The position numbers were made by a program, and so were the translations under genes. Below the pieces are notes generated by a model. That model did no database searches and was not told where the DNA came from. It saw only the letters and a list, made by a program, of their open reading frames with translations. From an uncultured delta proteobacterium (GTDB lineage: Bacteria; Desulfobacterota; Binatia; UBA9968): 64,000 nucleotides of DNA. Where the stretch lies: the NCBI GenBank assembly GCA_963737905.1, contig CAVTUQ010000022.1:32001-96000 (forward strand), read 5' to 3'. Below are positions 54,059-63,327 of this stretch, one piece after another (position 1 is the stretch's first letter; each line of letters begins with the position of its first letter).

Positions 54059-54104
54059 AATGAAGGCATCAAACTATATAGTGCAGCATAAGGAGGTTAA
54101 TGAC

Positions 54105-55226
54105 ATGACCAACAAGAAGGACACCAGCTGCGCTATTGCCATTCTAGCAACGATGCTTCTATGGAAAGGCGGGCAGGCCGCGGAGAAGCCAACTAAAGAC
54201 GCAGCCCCGAAAACGGCTCCAAAAGCAGCAGCGTCGAACGCGACGGCGAATGCCGCCAAGGCTTTCGATACGGTGAGCAAGGATCTCTATCCCAAAGCCA
54301 AGCAGGAGGGTAATCTGATTATATATTCCGTTTGGGACGTAGAGCATCTGCGCGGCGTTACGGATGCTTTCATGAAGAGGTATCCGGGAATCAAGGCAAT
54401 CTATTGGCAAGGGAGAAACCCGGAAATCGTTACGCGCGTTTTGACGGAGTTGCAGGGCGGCCAGGCGAGCGTCGATGTGATACTTTCGGATAACGCGCCG
54501 CCGGTGATTCGAGCCGCCGGGGGAATCATGCCTTACGAAACCGTGCAGAAGGACGTTTTGGTTCTCCACGACCCGACAATGGCCACCGTGAGTTTGCAAA
54601 TCCAGGCGCTTTCCTACAACACCAAAAAGATCAAGCCGGCAGATCTACCCAAGAGTTGGGAGGACGTGGCCAACCCGAAATTCAAAGGCCTCGTGGCTCT
54701 GGATGATCCGATGCGGGCCGGGCCGCTAAGCTCGATGCTCGCCGGCCTCAAGGAGCAGTGGAAAGATGACGCGAGGTTTAACAACTTCGTCAAAGGCCTA
54801 AAAGCCTTGAACGTACCGGTGCACAAGAGCACAAGCGCGATGTTTCGCCTAGTGATCTCCGGGGAGTATGCCATCTGCATGCCTGCGCTGCTCCATGACG
54901 TTTTCGAGGAAAAAGGAAAGGGCACACCGGTCGATTACATCAAGACCGTTCCGCCGGTTGTCTTTCCGCGTCAGGCCGGCATCTACGCTAAAGCGCCGAA
55001 TCCAAACGCCGCAAAGCTTTTTGCCGAATGGGCCATTTCCACCGAAGGACAGCAGGTGATCGATTCGGTAGGGCGCGAGTCCTCCCGTAAAGACTTTAAG
55101 TCGAGGACCTCCATTGAATCTGCCTTCCCCAAGGGTACCAAACCGATTCCGGTTAATGACAAATTCTTTTTGGAAGACCCGAAAAAGTGGCTCGATACTT
55201 ATGTGAAACCTATCTGGGAAGGATAG
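54105..55226 (+). CDS. ABC substrate-binding protein (FbpA/AfuA-like)
   Basis: RBS AGGAGG; AKQEGNLIIYS, LPKSWEDVANPKFKG, APNPNAAKLFAEW. Confidence 0.9.
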   Translation: MTNKKDTSCAIAILATMLLWKGGQAAEKPTKDAAPKTAPKAAASNATANAAKAFDTVSKDLYPKAKQEGNLIIYSVWDVEHLRGVTDAFMKRYPGIKAIYWQGRNPEIVTRVLTELQGGQASVDVILSDNAPPVIRAAGGIMPYETVQKDVLVLHDPTMATVSLQIQALSYNTKKIKPADLPKSWEDVANPKFKGLVALDDPMRAGPLSSMLAGLKEQWKDDARFNNFVKGLKALNVPVHKSTSAMFRLVISGEYAICMPALLHDVFEEKGKGTPVDYIKTVPPVVFPRQAGIYAKAPNPNAAKLFAEWAISTEGQQVIDSVGRESSRKDFKSRTSIESAFPKGTKPIPVNDKFFLEDPKKWLDTYVKPIWEG

Positions 55227-55264
55227 GATAAGAAATAAAATAAATACTCGGACAGAGTCCTCAT

Positions 55265-55310
55265 AAAAAGGGGGAGGAACGAATTACGTTCGCTTCGCCC
55301 CCTTTCTTTT
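55265..55310 (+). terminator. Probable rho-independent terminator
   Basis: AAGGGG..GAACG/CGTTC..CCCCTT imperfect stem followed by TCTTTTT after the ABC operon. Confidence 0.55.
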
Positions 55311-55493
55311 TGCGACATCTGTGAGATTGAGAATTGTGGAAAACTCCATCTCTGTGTGCTAACTTGACTGAACTCAAGGAAGGATCTTGTTTCGCACACA
55401 TCGGATTTAATGTCGAGGACAACTTCCTAGGGTGCTGCGATACCGCATGTTTCTGGCGCTTCGTGCCAGAAACTATAGAGTCAACATTCTCAC

Positions 55494-55584
55494 GGAGAGA
55501 TGGCCGAGTGGTCTAAGGCGCACGCCTGCTAAGCGTGTGTACCCCAAAAGGGTACCGAGGGTTCAAATCCCTCTCTCTCCGCCA
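55494..55584 (+). tRNA. tRNA-Ser(GCT)
   Basis: GGAGAGA/TCTCTCC-GCCA, anticodon arm CACGC-CTGCTAA-GCGTG, long variable arm. Confidence 0.97.
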
Positions 55585-55654
55585 GCTTCTCTCCGAATTC
55601 GGTAAGGTTCTTAAGAACCGATGAGTTAATGGACTTTTTGATTCGACCGCGTAT

Positions 55655-55817
55655 GCTCGCGACGCGCAACATTGGCGCGTGTTTTTTGTGCGCGCTCGCG
55701 GTGGTGGCGTCGAAAATGATATCGAAACTGTCTGTCTGTTTAAGGCCGATCTCGCTCTCTTCGTTATCCATCGAATATCCTCTTTTGCGTACAGCGACAT
55801 CCTCTTTTGTGTACAGC
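55655..55817 (-). pseudogene. Chimeric remnant: IclR effector-domain fragment fused to an acylating acetaldehyde dehydrogenase (MhpF/DmpF-like) fragment
   Basis: One frame reads AVRKRGYSMDNEESEIGL then FDIIFDATTASAHKKHAPML; 19-bp tandem duplication at 55777/55799. Confidence 0.6.
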
Positions 55818-55910
55818 AGCTCTAGTTGCGAATGGCGCTTTTACGCGAACAAGGTGAGGCTGAGAGAAAAGTGGATGAGAGGATGGACGTGATCTTTCTT
55901 TGAGGACGAC

Positions 55911-56867
55911 ATGGCCGAATCGATCAAACTAACCTTGGGTTTTGCGGTGACCGCCCGCACTCGCGCGTTGTTCGATGGTACCGTTCGCCCTGAGGGCATT
56001 GAGCTTCGGTGTGAGAGTCAATTCGGCAGCGGGCTCGATAATACCGGCGCCCGCCATCGGGCCATCCTTGGAGGGACCATCGACGGGGGCGAATGTTCGA
56101 CCTCCTCTCTGATTCTGGCGCGGATGCGAGGGGCCTCGCTTCGCGGGCTGCCGATTTTTCCCGCGCGCCAGTTTCGGCATCGCTGCATTTTTTGCCCGGC
56201 CACATCGACGCTGAGCCATCCGTCGGAGCTCAAGGGCAAGCGTGTGAGCGCGCATCGTTACAACGCCACAACCGCCGTTTGGCTCCGCGGGCTGCTCCAA
56301 AACGAATACGGAGTGTCTCCGGAACAGATGGAGTGGTTTGTGGCAGAGCCCGATGTCGGTGAGGAGGCCGCCGGCTCGCCGCCGAAGTCCGTGACCATAA
56401 ACTTCATTCCTTCCCCCAGAACACGTGAGCATGCCATCGAACTGGTGGAGAAAGGCGCCATCGACGCGGCCTTGGAGCCTTACGGTTCCCTGGCAAAAAA
56501 TCCCAAACTGCGCCGTTTGCTGAAAGACCACCGCCGCGACGAAGCCGATTATTTTCGTCGAACGCAGGTGATTCCGGTTATCCATACCCTGGTACTTCAG
56601 GAGAAACTGGTTGCGAAGCAGCCGTGGGTCGCCAATAGTCTGCTGTCGGCTTTCCGCAAAGCCCGTAGCTTGGCCGAAAAGTACATGAACGAAGAAGAGA
56701 TGGAGGAAGCCCGCTGGTTGAGTGAAACGGTCGGTTACGATCCCTATGGCTACAGCTTTGACGTTTCAACGCGGAAGTCGTTGGAGACGTTGATTCGCTA
56801 CCAGCTGCAACAGGGGCTTCTGCAACGGGAGCCCGCCCTGGAAGAACTTTTTTTTCACGAAACCTAG
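55911..56867 (+). CDS. 4,5-dihydroxyphthalate decarboxylase-like (periplasmic-binding-protein fold) protein
   Basis: RTRALFDGTVRPEGIEL, PIFPARQFRHRCIF, TTAVWLRGLLQNEYGV, PVIHTLVL. Confidence 0.8.
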   Translation: MAESIKLTLGFAVTARTRALFDGTVRPEGIELRCESQFGSGLDNTGARHRAILGGTIDGGECSTSSLILARMRGASLRGLPIFPARQFRHRCIFCPATSTLSHPSELKGKRVSAHRYNATTAVWLRGLLQNEYGVSPEQMEWFVAEPDVGEEAAGSPPKSVTINFIPSPRTREHAIELVEKGAIDAALEPYGSLAKNPKLRRLLKDHRRDEADYFRRTQVIPVIHTLVLQEKLVAKQPWVANSLLSAFRKARSLAEKYMNEEEMEEARWLSETVGYDPYGYSFDVSTRKSLETLIRYQLQQGLLQREPALEELFFHET

Positions 56868-56991
56868 CGCGCGTAGCTTGGCTTGGGTGAACCGCGCAGA
56901 AACTCTGTGGCGCGAGCCAAGCACGGGTGCTGATGCACAATAGTTGCTAGCGTCGCGCGACAACCAATACTGAAAAAGGAGGTATACAATT

Positions 56992-57384
56992 ATGGCAAAG
57001 ACGGCAATGAATCCTGAGGGACTACCGGTGCCCCGCGGCAGTTATTCGGTGGTCACCATCGCCCAGCCCGGCCGCATGATCTTTGTTGCGGGTCAGACTG
57101 CCTCGGATCCGCAAGGCAATGTAGTCGGTGTCGGGGATGCGCGTGCACAGACCCGGTACATTATTGAGAAAATCAAAAAGGCCGTGGAGGCCGCCGGCGG
57201 AACGCTCAACGACGTCGTTGCGATGAACATTTTTACCACCGACGTGCGCAATCATCGAGACATCAACGAAACGAGACGAGAGGTATTGGGGTCTAACTTT
57301 CCGACCAGCACCATGGTCCAGGTCGTGGCTTTGGCGCGACCCGAGTTGTTGTTAGAGGTGAATGCGATTGCCGTGATTTCTTAA
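56992..57384 (+). CDS. RidA/YjgF family protein
   Basis: FVAGQTA, FPTSTMVQVVAL..LLLEVNAIA; RBS AGGAGG. Confidence 0.92.
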   Translation: MAKTAMNPEGLPVPRGSYSVVTIAQPGRMIFVAGQTASDPQGNVVGVGDARAQTRYIIEKIKKAVEAAGGTLNDVVAMNIFTTDVRNHRDINETRREVLGSNFPTSTMVQVVALARPELLLEVNAIAVIS

Positions 57385-57400
57385 CTTTTGTTGAGCACTT

Positions 57401-58583
57401 ATGAGTGACATATTCGATCTGATATTGACCGGCGGCACCGTGCTGAATCCCGCTTCAGGGCGTGCGCCAAGAATTGGACGTGGGGATTACGGATGGTCGC
57501 ATCGCAGCGTTTAAAGCGAAACTGCCGCGCGCGCAGGCGAAAAGAGTCATCGAAGTGCCGGGTTGTTATGTGACGCCCGGTCTGATTGATTTCCATGTTC
57601 ATAGTTTTTGGGGGGTGAACCCCTACGGTTGCGAATTAGACGCGCTCTGTATGAGCACCGGCGTGACAACGGCGATCGATGCCGGCTCGTCGGGACCGAT
57701 AAATTTTAAAGGCTTTAAGAAACTCGTTTACGAGCCGTCCAAAACGCGCATGATCGCCTTTATCGCCCTCGCCCAGCATGGCGTGTTAAACGATCCTGGA
57801 GAGTTGGAAGACCTGCGGTTCGCTGATCCAAACGCCGCTGCGGCGACCGTCGGCGAGTCACCCGATGTTGGCGTCGGTATCAAGGTCCGCTTGCACAAAA
57901 AAGGCGTGGGACAGAACGGACGGGAGGCATTGCGTCTGGCGATTCGCGCCGGTGAAGCGTCGAAATCGCCCGTGATGGTTCATGTGGGTAATACCGGTAT
58001 CTCGATGAGTGAGATTGCCGATACACTTCGTCGCGGCGATGTGATCACACATTGTTACACGCCGCAGAAGCCCTCGATTATCGATGAGCAAGGCAAACTC
58101 CTTCCCGAAGTGCGCAAAGCCAAAGAGCGCGGCGTGATCTTCGACGTCGGCCACGCCGGCGGTCACTTCGATTTCAATCTCGTGCGCCGCGCGATGGGTG
58201 AAGGGATAGTGCCCGATATTATCAGCTCAGATCTGCATGGCCGTTTGAACCAGCCGGGGTTCGGCGTCGTCGGTGATTTGCCAACGGTCCTCACCAAGTT
58301 CCTGGCGTTGGGTTTAAATTTGGATCAGATCATCGCCATGTGCACGATCAATCCCGCCACCGTCATCGGCTGGCAGGATCGGCTCGGTAGCCTCGAAGTT
58401 GGACGCGATGCCGACATCGCCGTATTACAGATAGTCGATGAACCAACCAGCCTGCGGGATTCTGTCGGTGGGGAGATGACAACCGAGCAGCGCATTGCGG
58501 CGCGCTGGACGATCCGTCAGGGCGAGGTTTTCGAGGGCTATGCTAGCCGTCATTTTGTGGAAATTGCGTTTGTTCTTTGTTAG
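57401..58583 (+). CDS. Amidohydrolase/deacetylase (dihydroorotase-like; frameshift near 57460)
   Basis: PGLIDFHVH, GVTTAIDAGS, GIKVR, MVHVG, THC, DVGH, ISSDLH. Confidence 0.9.
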
Positions 58584-58617
58584 TCTGCGATGATCTGGAC
58601 ATGTAGCGGTTTTACAC

Positions 58618-58632
58618 ATCCCTCTCTCCGCC
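58618..58632 (+). repeat. Degenerate copy of the tRNA-Ser(GCT) 3' end (att-like)
   Basis: atccctctctccgcc versus tRNA atccctctctctccgcc (one CT unit missing). Confidence 0.6.
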
Positions 58633-58645
58633 GCGATCAAATCGA

Positions 58646-58722
58646 GCGCCCGTAGCTCAATTGGACAGAGCACCAGACTACGGATCTGGGGGTTGGGGGT
58701 TCAAATCCCTCCGGGCGCGCCA
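58646..58722 (+). tRNA. tRNA-Arg(ACG)
   Basis: GCGCCCG/CGGGCGC-GCCA, anticodon arm CCAGA-CTACGGA-TCTGG. Confidence 0.97.
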
Positions 58723-58978
58723 ACCAATACTTTTAATCTGATCATCTCCTCAAATTTAGTTGTAGAAAACCGCACCACCTAGTGTCACCGGTCCCTCAAC
58801 CCGTTAACCGGCCGGGTCAGTTCGCCCGTTGCTATTTCTTGCCTGGAAGACTGAGGCATCCGGAGCCTGCGATATCGGGTGCTTTTCAGGAATCCCTTAC
58901 CCATCTCTGCTCTTTTTGGCTGCATTTGATCAAGGCCCCTGCGTTGCTCTATCGGTCCCCCGGGAAGGAGCCAACAAC

Positions 58979-59056
58979 ATGGGTGAAGGCATCTATTTTC
59001 TGCTCATCGGCGTGTTCCTTATTGTCGGATCTTTGGTTGCGCGTCGCTATTCCTAG
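58979..59056 (+). CDS. 25-aa single-TM small protein
   Basis: RBS AAGGAG; MGEGIYFLLIGVFLIVGSLVARRYS. Confidence 0.45.
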   Translation: MGEGIYFLLIGVFLIVGSLVARRYS

Positions 59057-59277
59057 TTTCAAATGGTGTTAAAAAGCCATTGAACACGTCAAGCAGGCCC
59101 TGGCTAAGGATTATGGATTTTCTTCGTACCCTCAAGAAACGTAGGCGAAGACATCACCTGCGATCGACGGTCAGCACAGCCCCCCCTTCGGGCAGTAGGC
59201 GGCATGTACAGCGAAGGATCGAAGCTCTTTTTCCCCGAAGAGCTACCCAAAAAAATAACTGAAATCGGATTAGGTCA

Positions 59278-59712
59278 ATGCGGCGAAAATTCATTTCTGA
59301 GCATGGTCTGGTAACCGATGGGTGGCTTTTACTGGACCCTGCGGACACGGATGCCATTGAGAAATTATTAAAAAGAGACATCCGCGAGGGCGAGGAAAAA
59401 CTCATGCTGGCGGTTCTGGAAGAGGCTGTCCAATGTTTTCAGGACTATGTTCTTGCAACTCGGCCACGAGAAAAAAGGCTATTCCAAGAGGCGGAAGAGT
59501 GGATTCTTGAAAAGGATGGCGACTATATTTTGTCCTTCGAATACATCTGTGAAACCCTAAAGCTCCATCCGGATTACATCCGGCAGGGCCTCATGTGCTG
59601 GAAGGATGCGAAGCGCAAGCTCGACTCACTCAAAACAGAGACTAATCTCCCCACAAAGGTACTGAGAACTCGATACATCGGAAGATTAGGCCCACTCAGC
59701 AAGGCTGGATAA
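59278..59712 (+). CDS. Hypothetical protein
   Basis: EKLMLAVLEEAVQCFQ..EAEEWI..SFEYICETLKLHPDYIR; resembles from memory an unannotated family in deltaproteobacterial genomes. Confidence 0.75.
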   Translation: MRRKFISEHGLVTDGWLLLDPADTDAIEKLLKRDIREGEEKLMLAVLEEAVQCFQDYVLATRPREKRLFQEAEEWILEKDGDYILSFEYICETLKLHPDYIRQGLMCWKDAKRKLDSLKTETNLPTKVLRTRYIGRLGPLSKAG

Positions 59713-59721
59713 AATCACGCT

Positions 59722-59979
59722 GTGAAAGAACTCACAACATCGGCTGCGAGCTATCTCTTTACCGGGCTTCTCGGGGTAACACTGTTTGTCTTCTCGCTCG
59801 TTTCGATGCGAAAGGAGAATCAGTTTGGCCACCCGCTGAAAGGCATCTTCTGGTTCACCCTGGCGGTCCTTTGCCTCTGTGCCATGGTTCTTCTCGCGGA
59901 ATACCTGGAGAAGGCTAGAGCCTTCGATAGAGTCTCTCATCGTATCGACGCGGCGTTGTCACCGGGGTTACCGTCATGA
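59722..59979 (+). CDS. Small two-TM membrane protein
   Basis: Two hydrophobic helices; operonic spacing. Confidence 0.55.
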   Translation: MKELTTSAASYLFTGLLGVTLFVFSLVSMRKENQFGHPLKGIFWFTLAVLCLCAMVLLAEYLEKARAFDRVSHRIDAALSPGLPS

Positions 59980-60227
59980 CTCACAAACCTGGAAGAGTAA
60001 CCGTCGCTAAACATCTTGTGGAATTGCGTCGTGAAGGCGTGGCCGCCTTGAAACGCTTCAACGTGATAGCGGAGCGGCTGAATTTTTATGAGCAGTACCT
60101 CGCCCTCAGCAAAACATATGATGTACGAATGGCAGGTCCGTTTCTGGTAATTAAGGGTGGGCAAAACCGGTCGACCGAACAGGCAGGGACTAGAATCCAA
60201 GCACCAACTTTACAGGAGGTCCAGTGA
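59976..60227 (+). CDS. Hypothetical protein
   Basis: ATGA and GTGA start/stop overlaps with both neighbours. Confidence 0.5.
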   Translation: MTHKPGRVTVAKHLVELRREGVAALKRFNVIAERLNFYEQYLALSKTYDVRMAGPFLVIKGGQNRSTEQAGTRIQAPTLQEVQ

Positions 60228-60619
60228 AAAAGAAAATTCTTATCGTCGAAGATAACAATGACTCTCGTGAGATCATGAAACTATTCATAACAAAGCTGGG
60301 ACATCAGAGCATAGCGGCCAAGAACAGCAATGAAGCGATCGCCTTCGCCGAGGCCGAAGGGCCGGACCTCATTTTCATGGATATGCAACTACCGGATATT
60401 GATGGAATCAAGACAACCGCGATGCTTAAACAGAATCCGAAAACCGCTCACATCCCCGTCGTGGCACTTACGGCATGGATGTCAGCACTTTGCGAGGAAA
60501 AAGCTTTAAAAGTGGGTATTGCAACCTACTTGCTAAAACCGACCTCGCCGCAAACGTTAAAAAAGATAATCGACGAATATGCCCACGGAACACCCACCCG
60601 CCGCGAGGCACAACTTTGA
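60224..60619 (+). CDS. Single-domain response regulator (DivK/CheY-like)
   Basis: ILIVEDN, PDLIFMDMQLPDIDG, IPVVALTA, YLLKP; RBS AGGAGG. Confidence 0.93.
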   Translation: MKKKILIVEDNNDSREIMKLFITKLGHQSIAAKNSNEAIAFAEAEGPDLIFMDMQLPDIDGIKTTAMLKQNPKTAHIPVVALTAWMSALCEEKALKVGIATYLLKPTSPQTLKKIIDEYAHGTPTRREAQL

Positions 60620-60906
60620 ATCTTGCATTTTGTTTTGCCCTTTTTCTTGGTCTCGCCGTGGTCACACAAATTCAGGCCGAGGACTATTATGGAGAGCTGG
60701 TTATCTCAAATAAGGAGCCGCCTCCAGGGAGCAAAATTAATGAAGCGGCAGAACCTGCCCGAGGTCCCACAAGCCCAAGAACCCGGCAAAACGCAGCCAA
60801 ACGGACAGGCAGAAAGCCCACCGAAGCCGTCCAAGAAAAAATAGAACGACGAAATCGAAGCGCAAGAAGCATTCCGATGTTACATTTAGGGAGCCTGGCA
60901 ACATGA
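60616..60906 (+). CDS. Small secreted hypothetical protein (possible DUF4124-like remnant)
   Basis: Signal peptide, then GELVISNKEPPPGSK. Confidence 0.4.
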   Translation: MNLAFCFALFLGLAVVTQIQAEDYYGELVISNKEPPPGSKINEAAEPARGPTSPRTRQNAAKRTGRKPTEAVQEKIERRNRSARSIPMLHLGSLAT

Positions 60907-61121
60907 ATGAGCATAACTACGGGACCCATCTGATCAAGTTTAAAGCTGATCGAACGCCTGAGGGAAACTACTGGATAGGAAAAGCTCACGTACAATACAA
61001 CCACGGTAGGACACTTCGATGCTTTGAGGTGCATGGACCGGCCGATAAGTTTGATTCAAAAGAAGCAGCTGAACAGCACGTTCTCGGCTTGGCCAAGACA
61101 TTAATCGATAATTTTATTTGA
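60903..61121 (+). CDS. Small hypothetical protein
   Basis: 72 aa, RBS GGGAG, FDSKEAAEQHVLGLAKTLID. Confidence 0.6.
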   Translation: MNEHNYGTHLIKFKADRTPEGNYWIGKAHVQYNHGRTLRCFEVHGPADKFDSKEAAEQHVLGLAKTLIDNFI

Positions 61122-61395
61122 CTCTGTCTTTATTCCTGCAGTTTACCGACGGCCTTGTTTCATATCAGGCTTTCGCGCTTGGTGCGGCAGAAGCCAATCC
61201 TGTAGTGGTCGCAGCAATCGTAAAATGGGGAATGGGTTGGGGACTGGCCTACAACAAAGCCTTGGCGTGTGTACTCCTGTTCCTGATATTTGCGCTCAGA
61301 CGCAGCCGACGATTACTGGCAACGCGCGCAATGACCGTGACGGCCCGGTGTACGTGTGTGCCATTTTTGTTTGTGTCTGGGAACTCCTGCGATAG
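61118..61395 (+). CDS. DUF5658-like small membrane protein (frameshift near 61345)
   Basis: LQFTDGLVSY..GAAEANP..K motif. Confidence 0.65.
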
Positions 61396-61449
61396 AATCC
61401 CTCGCTCTCCGTTTGCGCCACTTGTGACGCACAAAAGACAGTTCTCCCT

Positions 61450-61665
61450 ACTTTCGTCAGTTATTAGATACCTGTCCAGAACCTCTCGCAGTGTGGGGAT
61501 GTCAAACGGTTTCTCCAAAATTTATGCAGCACCTGCATGCAGAGCGTGGTTTCTAGCGGTTTGCTCCAGCAAAGCAGTAGTGATGATCACAGGTATATCT
61601 CGGGTGGCCGAATTTGTCTTTTAAATATGCGGCTACTTGTCGCCTGTTATGTCAGGCAAGTATAT
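61450..61665 (-). pseudogene. Decayed receiver-domain gene (C-terminal half, internal stop)
   Basis: Minus strand reads LPDITG / KTNSATRDIPVIITTA..ALHAGAA-stop-ILEKPFDIPTLREVL. Confidence 0.7.
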
Positions 61666-61771
61666 GATAACTCTCCTCCTCCGGATACTTGTACGGATCT
61701 GGGAGGATGGGGGTTCCAATGCCTCAGTACTCCTTTCCGCCTGCTACTGGTCATCATATAATATCCATTGA

Positions 61772-62101
61772 ATGAAGATGCTGGGTGAACAGGGAGAGTT
61801 CCATAGGATGAAATTTCAATACGTTCGGCAGACAGGTGCTATATGTTGGAAATTCCGTCTGTGGGTTTTGATTTTATTGAATATCTTGATCATGTCTTGC
61901 GCAAGCACGAACACGACGACCGCGTCACGGCGACAAGCAGAGGAGCCGCGCGGGTTTTTCGGAACTCTTATGGATCAGGTGACGGAGCGGGAGTGTAATG
62001 TTGGCAGATTTATTTGTCCCTATGGTCTAGGACTAGCGGGTGAGCCTTGTACGTGTACGGATCCCTCCGGAATTGTCGTGAACGGGCGCACCGTCAAGTA
62101 A
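61772..62101 (+). CDS. Small Cys-rich putative lipoprotein (start uncertain)
   Basis: LILLNILIMSC lipobox-like; CNVGRFICPYG..GEPCTC. Confidence 0.6.
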   Translation: MKMLGEQGEFHRMKFQYVRQTGAICWKFRLWVLILLNILIMSCASTNTTTASRRQAEEPRGFFGTLMDQVTERECNVGRFICPYGLGLAGEPCTCTDPSGIVVNGRTVK

Positions 62102-62326
62102 TCTTGAAGGTGGAAGGTCGTTTCCCTTACGCTAGGCCACCTGGTATCGCCTGTTGACGACCGCCGTGGCTAAATCCAATCTCCGAGATATTTTCGGTTC
62201 TTGGAATCTCATTCTGGCGCGACTTGGCAACTGCTGTCGTCCGGGTTTCCGAGATCTATCGCCAGGCGATTTTGGGTGATGTTTCGTTGGTTGCTGATCT
62301 CTCGAATCCAGATAATAATATTGCGC

Positions 62327-62713
62327 GTGGGAAGTGATAGTGAAAAGACCGTTCTCATCGTCGATAATCAGCCGAGGGAGACAGCGGCGCTGCAGAAGCA
62401 GCTGGCGTTCGCCGGCTTTAAGACCGAGATTGCGATTACCGGAGCGGGCGCTATCAAGATAGTCGAGGAGCATCCACCGGACATTGTGCTGCTCGAAGCC
62501 AGCTTGTCCGACATCGACAGCGTTGAGGTCGTGGCTTTTATTCGAAGCGATGTAAGGACCTGCCGCCTCCCGGTTTTGGCGATGAGCGTGTTCCCCCATT
62601 TGAAAGGCAGATACCTCAAAGGCGGATGCGACGACTTTCTTCAAAAACCGATAAAAATTCTCGATCTCGTTGCTCGAATTAGAAAGGCTCTTTCGATAGC
62701 AGCTCAGCCTTGA
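62327..62713 (+). CDS. Atypical single-domain receiver (phosphoacceptor Asp replaced by Glu; start uncertain)
   Basis: VLIVDN, PDIVLLEASL, GCDDFLQKP. Confidence 0.8.
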   Translation: MGSDSEKTVLIVDNQPRETAALQKQLAFAGFKTEIAITGAGAIKIVEEHPPDIVLLEASLSDIDSVEVVAFIRSDVRTCRLPVLAMSVFPHLKGRYLKGGCDDFLQKPIKILDLVARIRKALSIAAQP

Positions 62714-62739
62714 GAATGTCGACACGGGGAATGCGAGCT

Positions 62740-62925
62740 TTAGTGTGTCGAGAGATTCATTTGCCGTTTGAGCCAGTGATCTAGCACGCTGCGCTTGAAG
62801 CGCCATTGTGATCCTACTTTAAAAGCAGGCAGTTTCTTTTGCGCAACCAGCCGGTAAACCGTGTACTGGTTAACTCGCAAATATTCTGCAACCTCTTTCG
62901 TTGTCAAAAAGTCTCGTGTGGTCAT
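62740..62925 (-). CDS. Excisionase-like helix-turn-helix protein (HTH_17)
   Basis: FLTTKEVAEYLRV..TVYRL..LPAFKVGSQWRF; RBS AGGAG. Confidence 0.92.
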   Translation of the reverse strand: MTTRDFLTTKEVAEYLRVNQYTVYRLVAQKKLPAFKVGSQWRFKRSVLDHWLKRQMNLSTH

Positions 62926-63200
62926 GGCAGCTCGCTCCTGGGCGCAGTTGGTTATCCACTTTGATTATGATCTCTAAGTTATTGTTTCATCCTTTCTCCA
63001 TGGGCTTCTAAGGCCGACGGAACATACTTGCGAGTGCGTGTGTTGTCAAGATGGCCCCCCCAAGGCCGGTTCAAAAGGCAAGTTTTGAACTCGTTGCGGA
63101 GCCATGCATGATGGAAGCGGGTTCTATAATCTTTAAAACGGCAGATTAAGTGGTGGCTGCCAAATTACTTGAAACCTTGACGAATTTTAGCAAAATGAGC

Positions 63201-63230
63201 TTGACGAGCGAAAGTGCATAGTGGGAGAAT
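63201..63230 (+). promoter_or_regulatory. Possible sigma70 promoter
   Basis: TTGACG-N18-GAGAAT with a TG extension, about 100 nt upstream of ATG 63328. Confidence 0.4.
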
Positions 63231-63327
63231 GCGCCCGAATCTCGGAACAGCAATAGCTGATCGATTTGTAAAGCCTGCAGGAAGGTAGGCTCCGGTCAAA
63301 ACAATTCGGCAAAGGAGGCTAGTTGTT

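Noticed and set aside
56930-56950. sigma54-like TGCACAATAGTTGC upstream of the RidA gene
   Set aside because: Lacks the invariant GG at -24
62740-62925. Excisionase as evidence of a prophage or ICE
   Set aside because: No integrase or att pair nearby; stand-alone HTH_17 regulators are common
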